Shown here piece by piece: positions 7,629 to 15,661 of a stretch of DNA of 34,556 nt. The stretch covers positions 1 to 34,556 of the forward strand of contig JALQTG010000267.1 in assembly GCA_023264075.1 (NCBI GenBank), read 5' to 3'. This DNA comes from Crocinitomicaceae bacterium (lineage in GTDB: Bacteria > Bacteroidota > Bacteroidia > Flavobacteriales_D > Crocinitomicaceae). The notes under the pieces were generated by a model that saw only the letters and a program-made list of their open reading frames with translations, was not told the origin of the DNA and did no database searches. Numbering within the stretch: position 1 is the stretch's first letter; every line of letters begins with the position of its first letter. The translations under genes and the position numbers were made by a program.

Positions 7629-8315
7629 TTATTCAATAATGATTTGAACATTCGAACCAATGCGTTCTACCAAAATATCGTAAATGTCTGTATTAACATT
7701 CGGAGAAATAAGCAGTGTCTGTACCCCGGCCACTTCGGTAAGTTGCGCGTCATCCATTTGACTCATTGAGATAGTCTGAAACCAATACGACGGATCAAAA
7801 GTAACTTTCGCTGTGGCTGGAACGCCTTCAACTAAATCAATCTCCACTTCGCCTTGCGAATTTTTCGCGAGCTTGTCATAAAATTCAATTATCTCAACCT
7901 CGACAATAACTGGCAACACGGTACCGCCGGTATTTGTATAGCTCCCAACAATTCTGTTTTGTTGACCCCCTATTCCTTCTGTGCTAAAGTCGATTCGAGC
8001 CGCAGTATAAGTGCCTTGAGGAACATCAAACTTCAATTGACTATTCACTTGCGAAGAGTTCAAGTCAACCAAAAGTCCATTCTCAAATTCTGATTCAAAA
8101 TAAACGTCATCACCTTGAATCCGCTGTCCGTCAAAATGAACACTTTCAAAAAGAATTTGACCGCCAGAAAATACTAGGTTGCCATTCATGATTTCGGTAG
8201 TATTAAGATTGACAGTAAAACCAAGTTCTGTTGGCTTTTTCCACTTCGACTTATTACACCCGAAAAGAACGAAAGCAAAACCAAGCGCTAACAAAATTAT
8301 ACCCGCTTTTTTCAT
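7629..8315 (-). CDS. lipoprotein, hypothetical (first gene of the ECF sigma cluster)
   Basis: The ORF track gives 7629..8468, but the ATG at 8315 yields a canonical lipoprotein signal MKKAGIILLALGFAFVLFGCNKSK. The stop TAA at 7629-7631 directly abuts the sigma factor ATG at 7626-7628. Confidence 0.7.
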   Translation of the reverse strand: MKKAGIILLALGFAFVLFGCNKSKWKKPTELGFTVNLNTTEIMNGNLVFSGGQILFESVHFDGQRIQGDDVYFESEFENGLLVDLNSSQVNSQLKFDVPQGTYTAARIDFSTEGIGGQQNRIVGSYTNTGGTVLPVIVEVEIIEFYDKLAKNSQGEVEIDLVEGVPATAKVTFDPSYWFQTISMSQMDDAQLTEVAGVQTLLISPNVNTDIYDILVERIGSNVQIIIE

Positions 8316-8537
8316 AATTCGAACCAGCATCATAATAATAAGATGAAACTCGACACCATTTGGTTGGAAAGAGTGTAAAAAAATCATTTTAAACTTTTTA
8401 AACAACATTGACATCATATCGCTCACAAGATGCCCTCCCCAAACATTTACCACTTCGTTTTGAACCATACAACTTCCTATGATGAATAAAAATAGAGATA
8501 ATGTCTACTTTTCAATTCGTCTATGTCTGAATAGTTT

Positions 8538-8545
8538 TATTTTTG
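8538..8545 (+). promoter_or_regulatory. candidate -7 promoter box (TATTTTTG) for serS
   Basis: Matches TAnnTTTG and lies 16 nt upstream of the serS ATG. Confidence 0.3.
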
Positions 8546-8561
8546 CTCGAAAATTCATGTT

Positions 8562-9833
8562 ATGTTGGAAATTACACGTATTCGCGCTGAAAAAGATGCT
8601 ATTATTGGAGGATTGAAAAAGCGCGCGGTAGATTATTCTAAAGAAATCGAAGCGATTATCGCTGCCGATGAACAATGGAGAGTCGTGAAAACAGAGCTTG
8701 AATCCATTCAGGCTGAAAGCAATCAAATTTCCAAAGAAATCGGTTTACTTTTCAAGCAAGGTAAAACTGCTGAGGCAAATGCAGCGAAAGAACAAACAAC
8801 CGTATTAAAAGAAAAAGAACAAACGTTACGCGAAGTCGTTACTGAATGGGAACGTAAAATTACCGACCTTTTATACCAAGTCCCCAACGTACCACTAACC
8901 ACAGTACCAGCAGGAAAATCAGAAGCAGACAACGAAGTTGTAGAAGAAGTTGGATCAAAGGTTGTTTTTACTGGTGAAGCATTACCCCATTGGGAATTGG
9001 CCGATAAATACAACTTGATCGATTTTGAAATGGGTGTTAAAGTCACAGGGGCGGGATTTCCATTTTATACTGGAAAAGGAGCGAAGTTACAGCGCGCACT
9101 GATCAATTATTTCTTAAATGAAGCTGAAAAAGCGGGGTATGAAGAATTCATACCACCACTTTTAGTGAACGAAGATTCGGGGATTGGAACAGGGCAGTTA
9201 CCGGATAAAGAGGGGCAGATGTACCACGCAACGATAGATAATTTCTATTTAATTCCAACTGCTGAAGTACCGCTCACCAACATGTATCGAGATGTCATTT
9301 TACCGAACGAGGATTTTTCGATAAAAATTACCGGCTATACACCGTGTTTCAGAAGAGAGGCCGGTTCTTATGGTAGAGATGTACGCGGGCTTAACCGGCT
9401 ACACCAATTTGACAAAGTGGAAATAGTTCGTGTGGAACATCCAAAAAATTCCTTAGCGGCATTGGACGAAATGGTTCAACATGTAAAAAGCCTACTCGAA
9501 AGTTTGGGGCTTCATTACCGTATTTTACGCTTATGCGGTGGGGATATGGGATTCACATCAGCGATCACCTATGATTTTGAAGTGTACTCTGCTGCACAAG
9601 AGCGTTGGTTAGAAGTGAGTTCCGTTTCACTCTTTGAAACATTCCAAGCAAACCGACTCAAGCTACGATTCAAAACTGAAAGCAAGAAAACCCAGTTGTG
9701 TCACACTTTAAATGGAAGTGCTTTAGCATTACCAAGAATAGTTGCGGCATTGTTGGAGAATCACCAAACACCAGAAGGGATTAAAATTCCAGCTTGTCTA
9801 GTTCCTTACACCGGGTTTGAGTGGATTAAATAG
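8562..9833 (+). CDS. serS: seryl-tRNA synthetase
   Basis: 423 aa with an N-terminal coiled-coil arm and class II motifs (TGYTPCFRREAGSYGRDVRGLNRLHQFDKVE, TLNGSALALPR). Confidence 0.95.
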   Translation: MLEITRIRAEKDAIIGGLKKRAVDYSKEIEAIIAADEQWRVVKTELESIQAESNQISKEIGLLFKQGKTAEANAAKEQTTVLKEKEQTLREVVTEWERKITDLLYQVPNVPLTTVPAGKSEADNEVVEEVGSKVVFTGEALPHWELADKYNLIDFEMGVKVTGAGFPFYTGKGAKLQRALINYFLNEAEKAGYEEFIPPLLVNEDSGIGTGQLPDKEGQMYHATIDNFYLIPTAEVPLTNMYRDVILPNEDFSIKITGYTPCFRREAGSYGRDVRGLNRLHQFDKVEIVRVEHPKNSLAALDEMVQHVKSLLESLGLHYRILRLCGGDMGFTSAITYDFEVYSAAQERWLEVSSVSLFETFQANRLKLRFKTESKKTQLCHTLNGSALALPRIVAALLENHQTPEGIKIPACLVPYTGFEWIK

Positions 9834-9950
9834 ACGGTTTCTGTGAGGGTGAGAAAGTGAAAAACTGGAAGTTTAAAGACATGCTCGCTTCAAAGCAGCA
9901 AAATAATTTCAGGACTTTTGACTTTTTTACTTTTGACTTTCGACTAAAAA

Positions 9951-10916
9951 CTACTGATTGGCAATTATCTTAAACAATTCATCTAAGTTAGGTGCAATAA
10001 TCACTTCTATTCTTCGATTTTTTGCCTTGTCAAATTCATCTACCGGATGGTATTCTGAACGTCCCGCAGCTGTCAAAATCATTGGATTAATGGAACTATT
10101 AGCGGTCATGATATTAACAACCGAAGTCGCTCTCAATACAGATAATTCCCAATTGTCTTTTGGATGAGACTTACTATTTAAACCATCCGTATCGGTATGT
10201 CCTTCGACAATAATTTCTAGGTCAGTTTCTCCCTCAATCGCTTTAGCTAACTGAACCACGGCTGATTTCCCCTCTGGCTCTACAATCGTGCTGCCTGAGG
10301 CAAATAGAAGCTTTGCCTCTAAACTCACGTAAATTTTTCCATCGCGCTCTTCAACTGTTAGACCTTTGTCTGCAAATCCGCGTAACGCTTGAGCGATTCT
10401 TTGTTTTAATTCCCTAACAGATTGATCTTTACGAGCAATCAACTCTTCAAGTTCGCGAACACGCGCCTCACGGTCCTCCAACAAGCGTTGTTTGTTTAAT
10501 AATTCTTTTTCAAGTGCCATCAATGCATCTTCTTTACGCTGGGTTTCAATAATTTTAGCTTCCAAATCTGCCTGCATACGTGCAACCTCTCGTGCATCTC
10601 TGTTCTTAATTTTCTCCAACTGATCTTCCAAAGCATCGCACGAACTTTTGATTTTAGAACATTCTGCTTGGAGTGAACGATATTCGTGGCCCATGTCGAG
10701 CGTATCCTTTCTTAACGATGCGAGTTCCTTATTCATAGTTTCCATGCGAGCCTCTAGGGTCTTTGCCTTTGCTTCAAAATCTAATGATGAAGACTTGAAT
10801 TTGGCTAATTCCTCAGAGCATGTTTTTTCTTTTTCCAGCAATTCGTTGTATTTCTTAGCAGGAACACAAGCCGTGGCCAATATCGCTATCAATGTAAAAA
10901 AAACCAATGTTTTCAT
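9951..10916 (-). CDS. OmpA/MotB-family lipoprotein with a long coiled-coil N-terminal region
   Basis: The ATG at 10916 gives MKTLVFFTLIAILATACVPAKK (lipobox). Residues roughly 20-190 are heptad-rich (E/K/L). The C-terminal OmpA-like peptidoglycan-binding domain reads VEGHTDTDG..NWELSVLRATSV..NRRIEVII. Confidence 0.85.
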   Translation of the reverse strand: MKTLVFFTLIAILATACVPAKKYNELLEKEKTCSEELAKFKSSSLDFEAKAKTLEARMETMNKELASLRKDTLDMGHEYRSLQAECSKIKSSCDALEDQLEKIKNRDAREVARMQADLEAKIIETQRKEDALMALEKELLNKQRLLEDREARVRELEELIARKDQSVRELKQRIAQALRGFADKGLTVEERDGKIYVSLEAKLLFASGSTIVEPEGKSAVVQLAKAIEGETDLEIIVEGHTDTDGLNSKSHPKDNWELSVLRATSVVNIMTANSSINPMILTAAGRSEYHPVDEFDKAKNRRIEVIIAPNLDELFKIIANQ

Positions 10917-11022
10917 CTTTGTTCGTATTAAGTGTACTCCAACAACAAAGTTCAGCATACTTATTCCAATTAGGTAAAAGTATTCACGAAATTTTAAACA
11001 ATGGGTTATGGAAAAGAGTAGT

Positions 11023-11118
11023 GCTCCCTTCGGCTCCGCTCAGTCAGCGTAGAGCTCCGAACAGTTAATTCTACATTGATTAAGCGGAAACCGCTAACTG
11101 AGCGGAGCCGAAGGGAGC
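11023..11118. repeat. GC-rich perfect 22-bp inverted repeat with a 52-nt spacer (REP/MITE-like element or unusual terminator)
   Basis: gctcccttcggctccgctcagt (11023-11044) is the exact reverse complement of actgagcggagccgaagggagc (11097-11118). The spacer contains a small hairpin, gcgg-aaa-ccgc. The right arm ends 1 nt before the mgtE stop codon. Confidence 0.8.
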
Positions 11119-12468
11119 CTATATCCCGAAAATGAGCATACCCATTGAAAAGTAAATAAACAACCCCACAACATCATTCATTGTAGTGATAAAGGGGCCG
11201 GTTGCCACGGCTGGATCCACCCCGTATTTATCCAAAACTAAAGGAATAAGGGCACCAAAAATAGCCGCAATAATGATGACTGTAAATAACGCTAAAGAAA
11301 CGGTTAATCCGAGTAACGGGGTTTCTAAAAGCCATGTTATTAGAAATATAACTACACTACATATGAATGCGTTCAACAAACCTAATAACGCTTCCTTTTT
11401 AACTCTGGCGAGGATACTACTGAATTGGTTCGAGCCGTTTGCCAACGATTGCACCACTACCGCACTCGATTGCACACCGACATTTCCCCCCATTGCTGCC
11501 ACCAAAGGAATAAAAAATGCAAGCGCTGGGATTTGTCCTATTTGTAATTCAAAATTTCCAATGACTTGTGCCCCTAAAATCCCCCCAAACATACCAATGA
11601 ACAACCACGGCAGCCTGGCGCGAGATAAGCGCCAAATGCTTGCTCCGGCTTCTACGCTTTCGGAAATACCTGAGGCCATCTGAAAGTCCTTCTCTGCCTC
11701 TTCACGGATGACATCGACGATATCATCGATGGTAATTCTCCCTACTAATTTTTTTTGTAAGTCTACTACAGGAATAGAAACCAAGTCATACTTGTCCATT
11801 ATGCGCGCTACTTCCTCAGCCTCCATGCTAGTTGGCACGGAAATAATATTCTCTTCTTGACACAAATCTCGAATTCTGGTCTTTGGACTCGAAAACAACA
11901 ATGATTTTAAGGATAAAACACCTACTAAATGATCTTGGCTATCCACTACATAAATAGTGTAGACCTTTTCCACCTCTTCCGCTTGTCTGCGCAATTCAAT
12001 AACACATCGATTCACCGGCCAATCTTCGCGTGCCTTGATGTATTCTTTTTGCATTAATCCCCCGGCGGAATCTTCATCATAGTTTAAGAGATCAACAATC
12101 GAAGCGGCGTCCTCTTCATCCATCTCCCCTATAATCTCTAATTGGCGATCGAGCGATAATTCACCTAAAATATCCGCTGCATCATCTGAATCGAGATTCT
12201 CCAGTTGATTTGCAATTTCTTTAGCTGTGAGCGATTCTACAAAACGTTCTCGAACGTCTTCTTCCAATTCGAGAAGCACATCCGCCTGCTGATCTTCGTC
12301 AAGATGCGAATAAATGAACTTCGCCTCCTCTAACTCTAACTCATCAATGATCTCTGCAATGTCAGCTGCATGAAGTAAAATAACGCGCTGGTCAATATAT
12401 GCAGTATTGCTTAACGCAATCGCCTCGCGAATTTCTTCCAAGAACTCTTTGGTTAATTCATACCGCAT
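11119..12468 (-). CDS. mgtE: magnesium transporter MgtE
   Basis: It has an acidic N-domain, tandem CBS domains and a C-terminal 5-TM MgtE channel domain (PWLFIGMFGGILGAQVI, AAMGGNVGVQSS, FITTMNDVVGLFIYF). The track start at 12486 is TTG, so I prefer the in-frame ATG at 12468 (MRYELTKEF). Confidence 0.9.
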   Translation of the reverse strand: MRYELTKEFLEEIREAIALSNTAYIDQRVILLHAADIAEIIDELELEEAKFIYSHLDEDQQADVLLELEEDVRERFVESLTAKEIANQLENLDSDDAADILGELSLDRQLEIIGEMDEEDAASIVDLLNYDEDSAGGLMQKEYIKAREDWPVNRCVIELRRQAEEVEKVYTIYVVDSQDHLVGVLSLKSLLFSSPKTRIRDLCQEENIISVPTSMEAEEVARIMDKYDLVSIPVVDLQKKLVGRITIDDIVDVIREEAEKDFQMASGISESVEAGASIWRLSRARLPWLFIGMFGGILGAQVIGNFELQIGQIPALAFFIPLVAAMGGNVGVQSSAVVVQSLANGSNQFSSILARVKKEALLGLLNAFICSVVIFLITWLLETPLLGLTVSLALFTVIIIAAIFGALIPLVLDKYGVDPAVATGPFITTMNDVVGLFIYFSMGMLIFGI

Positions 12469-12524
12469 GAGGAAATTTTTCGGCAAAGTTACGAAAGAAA
12501 TGTTGGAAGGGAAATTATTTTAAC

Positions 12525-12662
12525 TTGGCAATTCGACAATGTGCTAATTCGACAATGTATCCATTAAGATTTTAGCCCTGAGGTGGTATTCTTTTTCATG
12601 AAACAATTCACACATTAACATCAAGATCAAACGACCAATGGCAAGTTGTCGAATTCCGCCAA
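12525..12662 (-). promoter_or_regulatory. repeat-structured region between rsmA and mgtE (candidate RNA switch, operator array or MITE remnant)
   Basis: The direct repeat aattcgacaatgt occurs at 12530-12542 and 12546-12558. A single inverted partner ttgtcgaatt lies at 12646-12655. Each copy carries its own 5-bp extension: ttggc 12525-12529 pairs with gccaa 12658-12662, and ccatt 12561-12565 pairs with aatgg 12637-12641. Confidence 0.4.
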
Positions 12663-12685
12663 CGAATGAACATTCAATTGGCACA

Positions 12686-13462
12686 TTAAATTTTACGCTC
12701 CAAATAGCAGGTCAATTCAATAAAATCATCCACTGCAAGGCGCTCTGCACGCAATTCAAAAAACGGATGGTTTAACGGAGCTACATCCACAAGAACCTTC
12801 AACCCATTTCGAATTGTTTTTCGACGCTGATTAAACGTTGCCTTTACCACTTGGATGAAAAACGTTTCATCACACGGCAGCGTTGTTCTCTCATTTCGAG
12901 TACAACGAATTACTCCTGATTTCACTTTGGGGGGAGGATTGAACACATGTTCGTCTACTGTAAAACAGTATTCAATATCATAATAGGTTTGTAACAATAC
13001 GCTTAAAATACCATACGCCTTCGATCCGGGTTTCTCAGCTACACGCACCGCCACTTCTTTTTGAAACATCCCCATTATTTCAGGGATTTGATTACGATAT
13101 TCAATGCATTTGAAGAGAATTTGGGAAGAAATGTTATATGGAAAATTTCCAACAACTCCGAAGCTGCCTTTACCCATCAATGCGATCAAATCCGTCTTGA
13201 GAAAATCAGTAGCATAAATTTTATTCTTCAATCCTGGGAAGTGCTCTTTCAAATATGCGACAGAATCTCTATCTATTTCCATCACGTGAACGTCTAGCTC
13301 CTTGCTTTGTAGCAAAAATTCAGTGAGTGCACCCATTCCCGGACCAATTTCTAGGACTTTTGTACACCCTTCATGCCCCAGGTACTGATTTGCAATTTTC
13401 TTACAGATATTTTTATCCGATAAAAAATGCTGGCCGAGGTGCTTCTTTGCTCTTACATTCAT
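12686..13462 (-). CDS. rsmA: 16S rRNA (adenine1518/1519-N6)-dimethyltransferase
   Basis: 258 aa. Signatures are KHLGQHFL, the SAM-binding motif LEIGPGMGALT and the catalytic motif GNFPYNISS. Confidence 0.95.
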   Translation of the reverse strand: MNVRAKKHLGQHFLSDKNICKKIANQYLGHEGCTKVLEIGPGMGALTEFLLQSKELDVHVMEIDRDSVAYLKEHFPGLKNKIYATDFLKTDLIALMGKGSFGVVGNFPYNISSQILFKCIEYRNQIPEIMGMFQKEVAVRVAEKPGSKAYGILSVLLQTYYDIEYCFTVDEHVFNPPPKVKSGVIRCTRNERTTLPCDETFFIQVVKATFNQRRKTIRNGLKVLVDVAPLNHPFFELRAERLAVDDFIELTCYLERKI

Positions 13463-13776
13463 TCGTGATTGAATTCCTCAATAACCGAAAGTAGCGTTCT
13501 AAACGCAGCGAATTTACCAGCGAATCTTTCTGAGTGGTCTTGTTGAAGTCGAGGGGCGTGCTCCCGTTGATATTCATCATATTTTGCTTGAGAATAACAA
13601 AGGTAAGTAATTGCATATGTCAATCCTCCTTCTTCTTCCCCGTGCACCCGAGACAAGCGACTTTCTTTAAAATGGCCCGTTGCCATGACTTCCGGAATAT
13701 GTGTAGTCCGCATCCAGTTGAGCCATTCGTCTTGAACAGCAGGGTCAATTGAAACAGTAACGTTGTAAAGAATCAT
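13459..13776 (-). CDS. DUF4286-family protein
   Basis: 105 aa. MILYNVTVSIDPAVQDEWLNWMRTTHIPEVMATGHF matches my recollection of the DUF4286 N-terminus. Its stop overlaps the rsmA start (ATGA, 13459-13462). Confidence 0.6.
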   Translation of the reverse strand: MILYNVTVSIDPAVQDEWLNWMRTTHIPEVMATGHFKESRLSRVHGEEEGGLTYAITYLCYSQAKYDEYQREHAPRLQQDHSERFAGKFAAFRTLLSVIEEFNHE

Positions 13777-13847
13777 ACCGCAAATTTATGAATTCTTCTA
13801 TCAATAGTCGCTAGAATTTTTTGTTTCTATCGTTTCAGTTATCTTAT

Positions 13848-13855
13848 TAATTTTG
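13848..13855 (+). promoter_or_regulatory. candidate -7 promoter box (TAATTTTG) for pdxA
   Basis: Matches TAnnTTTG in the divergent intergenic region, 53 nt upstream of the pdxA ATG. Confidence 0.25.
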
Positions 13856-13908
13856 TAGTGCTCGAAAACTAGGGATTGTATTTATAGGAATGAGCAAATT
13901 TCAGAAAA

Positions 13909-15015
13909 ATGGACAGACGTAAACATAGAGAGATTGTAAAATCGGAAAGAGAACCCATACGTGTAGGGATTTCGATGGGTGATATTAATGGAATTGGTCC
14001 AGAAATAATCATTAAAGCGTTTTCCGATGTGAACATGTTGGCAGAGTGCACCCCGATTATTTATGGATCGACGAAAACCATCGCTTTCCACAAAAAAACA
14101 ATCAACGATGAAGAGTTCAACTACCATCGTATTGAGGATGCTTCGAAAGCACAACAAGGCAAAGTGAACATCGTAGCCGTGTGGCAAGAAATAGTCGACA
14201 TTAAACTTGGAGAGGCCAACGCTACTGGAGGTACATATGCATTAAAATCACTTGAAGCAGCTACAAAAGATTTAGCCAGCGGTAAAATAGATGTGCTCGT
14301 TACCGCCCCGATATCCAAAGACACGATTCAACAGGCTGGATTTGAGTTCCAGGGTCACACAGAATACTTGGCAGACATGTCTGGAGTTGATGACGCGCTG
14401 ATGATGATGGTTGCTGGAAACCTCCGTGTTGCGCTGGTTACCAGCCACATTCCTCTTAACGAAGTAGCTACGGCCATAACGAAAGATAAAATCATTGCAA
14501 AACTTAAGCAGTTTGACGCAAGTTTAAGGAAAGACTTTGGCATTATAAAGCCGCGCATTGCCGTACTCGGACTTAATCCACACGCTGGAGAGCATGGAAA
14601 ATTAGGTACAGAAGAATCAGACGTAATTATTCCCGCCATTCAACTTGCTAATAAAGACGGTGTATTATCATTTGGACCATATCCGGCAGATGGCTTTTTT
14701 GGGTCTCGAATGATTGCAGAATTTGATGGTATTCTATCCATGTACCACGACCAAGGCCTTACTGGATTCAAAACGATAGCATTCGAAGATGGTGTGAACT
14801 ATACTGCGGGGCTGCCGATTGTACGGACTTCTCCTGACCACGGTACCGCATTCGATATTGCTGGAAAAGGCATTGCATCAGAACAATCGATACGCAGTGC
14901 GATATACCTAGCCATGGACATCTACCGAATGCGTCAATTTGTGAAGGAAATTACAACAAACCCGCTACAAAACATGTCGGAAAGACGGGCTGATTCGGGA
15001 GAAAGAGAGCGTTAA
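13909..15015 (+). CDS. pdxA: 4-hydroxythreonine-4-phosphate dehydrogenase
   Basis: 368 aa. Signatures are GDINGIGPEII, GHTEYLA, LNPHAGE and RTSPDHGTAFDIAGKG. Confidence 0.9.
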   Translation: MDRRKHREIVKSEREPIRVGISMGDINGIGPEIIIKAFSDVNMLAECTPIIYGSTKTIAFHKKTINDEEFNYHRIEDASKAQQGKVNIVAVWQEIVDIKLGEANATGGTYALKSLEAATKDLASGKIDVLVTAPISKDTIQQAGFEFQGHTEYLADMSGVDDALMMMVAGNLRVALVTSHIPLNEVATAITKDKIIAKLKQFDASLRKDFGIIKPRIAVLGLNPHAGEHGKLGTEESDVIIPAIQLANKDGVLSFGPYPADGFFGSRMIAEFDGILSMYHDQGLTGFKTIAFEDGVNYTAGLPIVRTSPDHGTAFDIAGKGIASEQSIRSAIYLAMDIYRMRQFVKEITTNPLQNMSERRADSGERER

Positions 15016-15081
15016 GGAGAACTAACCACACCTGAATTATAATTGAAATTAAAAAAAAGTGGTGGTTACTATTTATTTTTA

Positions 15082-15089
15082 TAACTTTG
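15082..15089 (+). promoter_or_regulatory. candidate -7 promoter box (TAACTTTG) for the yceD-rpmF-plsX-fabH cluster
   Basis: Matches TAnnTTTG and lies 19 nt upstream of ATG 15109. It is preceded by a weak hairpin (taaccac..gtggtta) that may terminate pdxA. Confidence 0.35.
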
Positions 15090-15108
15090 CATCCCATTTT
15101 TGAACACT

Positions 15109-15639
15109 ATGCGTTCGATGAAAGATTTTACTGTTCCGTATGAGGGATTAAAACTCGGAAAACACGAGTTTGAATTTCAAATTACGAAACCGTTCTTTGA
15201 AGAGTTAGAATATTCGTTAATTGAAGAAGGAGATGTGCATGTCACAATGCTTCTTGAAAAACGAGAAACAATGATGGTGGCTGACATTACATTTGAAGGC
15301 TGGGTTGAAAAATCCTGTGACCGATGTAATGATCCGCTGCGGGTTCAAGTAAAATCCTCGAGTCAACTTATTTTTAAGTTTGACACTGAGACAAGTGAAG
15401 ACGAAAACCTCATTGTTTTATTGCCAAGTGAGTATCAACTGCATTTAGCGCCCATTTTTTATGAATTAATGGTGGTTGCTTTACCTTCACGCACGGTTCA
15501 TCCAGAGGATGAGTGTAATGAAGAAATGCTTGACTTGCTCGACGAATATTCTGGTTACTATGAAGATGAATCTGACGAGGAAAACGATGACGATGACGAC
15601 ATCGATCCGCGTTGGGAAGCATTAAAGAAATTGAATTAA
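15109..15639 (+). CDS. yceD: YceD/DUF177 family protein (23S rRNA accumulation protein)
   Basis: It holds the conserved position upstream of rpmF. It has a CDRCNDP motif and an acidic tail (YYEDESDEENDDDDDID). The track start at 15100 is TTG, so the first ATG at 15109 is used here. Confidence 0.8.
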   Translation: MRSMKDFTVPYEGLKLGKHEFEFQITKPFFEELEYSLIEEGDVHVTMLLEKRETMMVADITFEGWVEKSCDRCNDPLRVQVKSSSQLIFKFDTETSEDENLIVLLPSEYQLHLAPIFYELMVVALPSRTVHPEDECNEEMLDLLDEYSGYYEDESDEENDDDDDIDPRWEALKKLN

Positions 15640-15661
15640 ATTTAGATTAAAATAAGTACAA

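Noticed and set aside
8317-8330. GGTTCGAAT, a tRNA T-loop-like motif on the minus strand. It also occurs near 7650.
   Set aside because: No acceptor stem, D-arm or anticodon arm can be built around either occurrence. One lies immediately upstream of a start codon and the other inside a CDS. They are chance matches.
8316-8468. N-terminal extensions suggested by the ORF track. These are the lipoprotein to 8468, metG to 21958, the OmpA-family gene to 10958, mgtE to 12486 (TTG) and yceD from 15100 (TTG).
   Set aside because: In each case an internal ATG gives a canonical N-terminus: a lipoprotein signal peptide, the MetRS start MTKARY, or similar. The upstream residues look non-coding, and the metG extension would run into the upstream peptidase gene region.
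9913-9944. T-rich near-tandem repeats (acttttgac ttttttacttttgac tttcgac) between the convergent serS and OmpA-family genes.
   Set aside because: They are short, low-complexity and imperfect. They most likely belong to the AT-rich 3' untranslated or termination region, and nothing suggests a functional repeat array.
11186-11683. 165-aa plus-strand ORF inside mgtE, and similar antisense ORFs at 10648-10977, 23705-24064, 30723-31058, 33043-33300, 3640-3900, 7323-7595 and 18796-19126.
   Set aside because: All lie wholly within well-supported genes on the opposite strand. Their composition is low-complexity or odd (Cys-, Ser- or Phe-rich), and they lack motifs, plausible promoters and terminators. 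They are typical shadow ORFs.
12469-12685. Whether the mgtE upstream region is a classical M-box (ykoK) Mg2+ riboswitch.
   Set aside because: I could not align the conserved M-box core elements on the mgtE-sense strand, so I do not call it an M-box. The repeat architecture is reported separately as an open question, and cmscan is needed for certainty.
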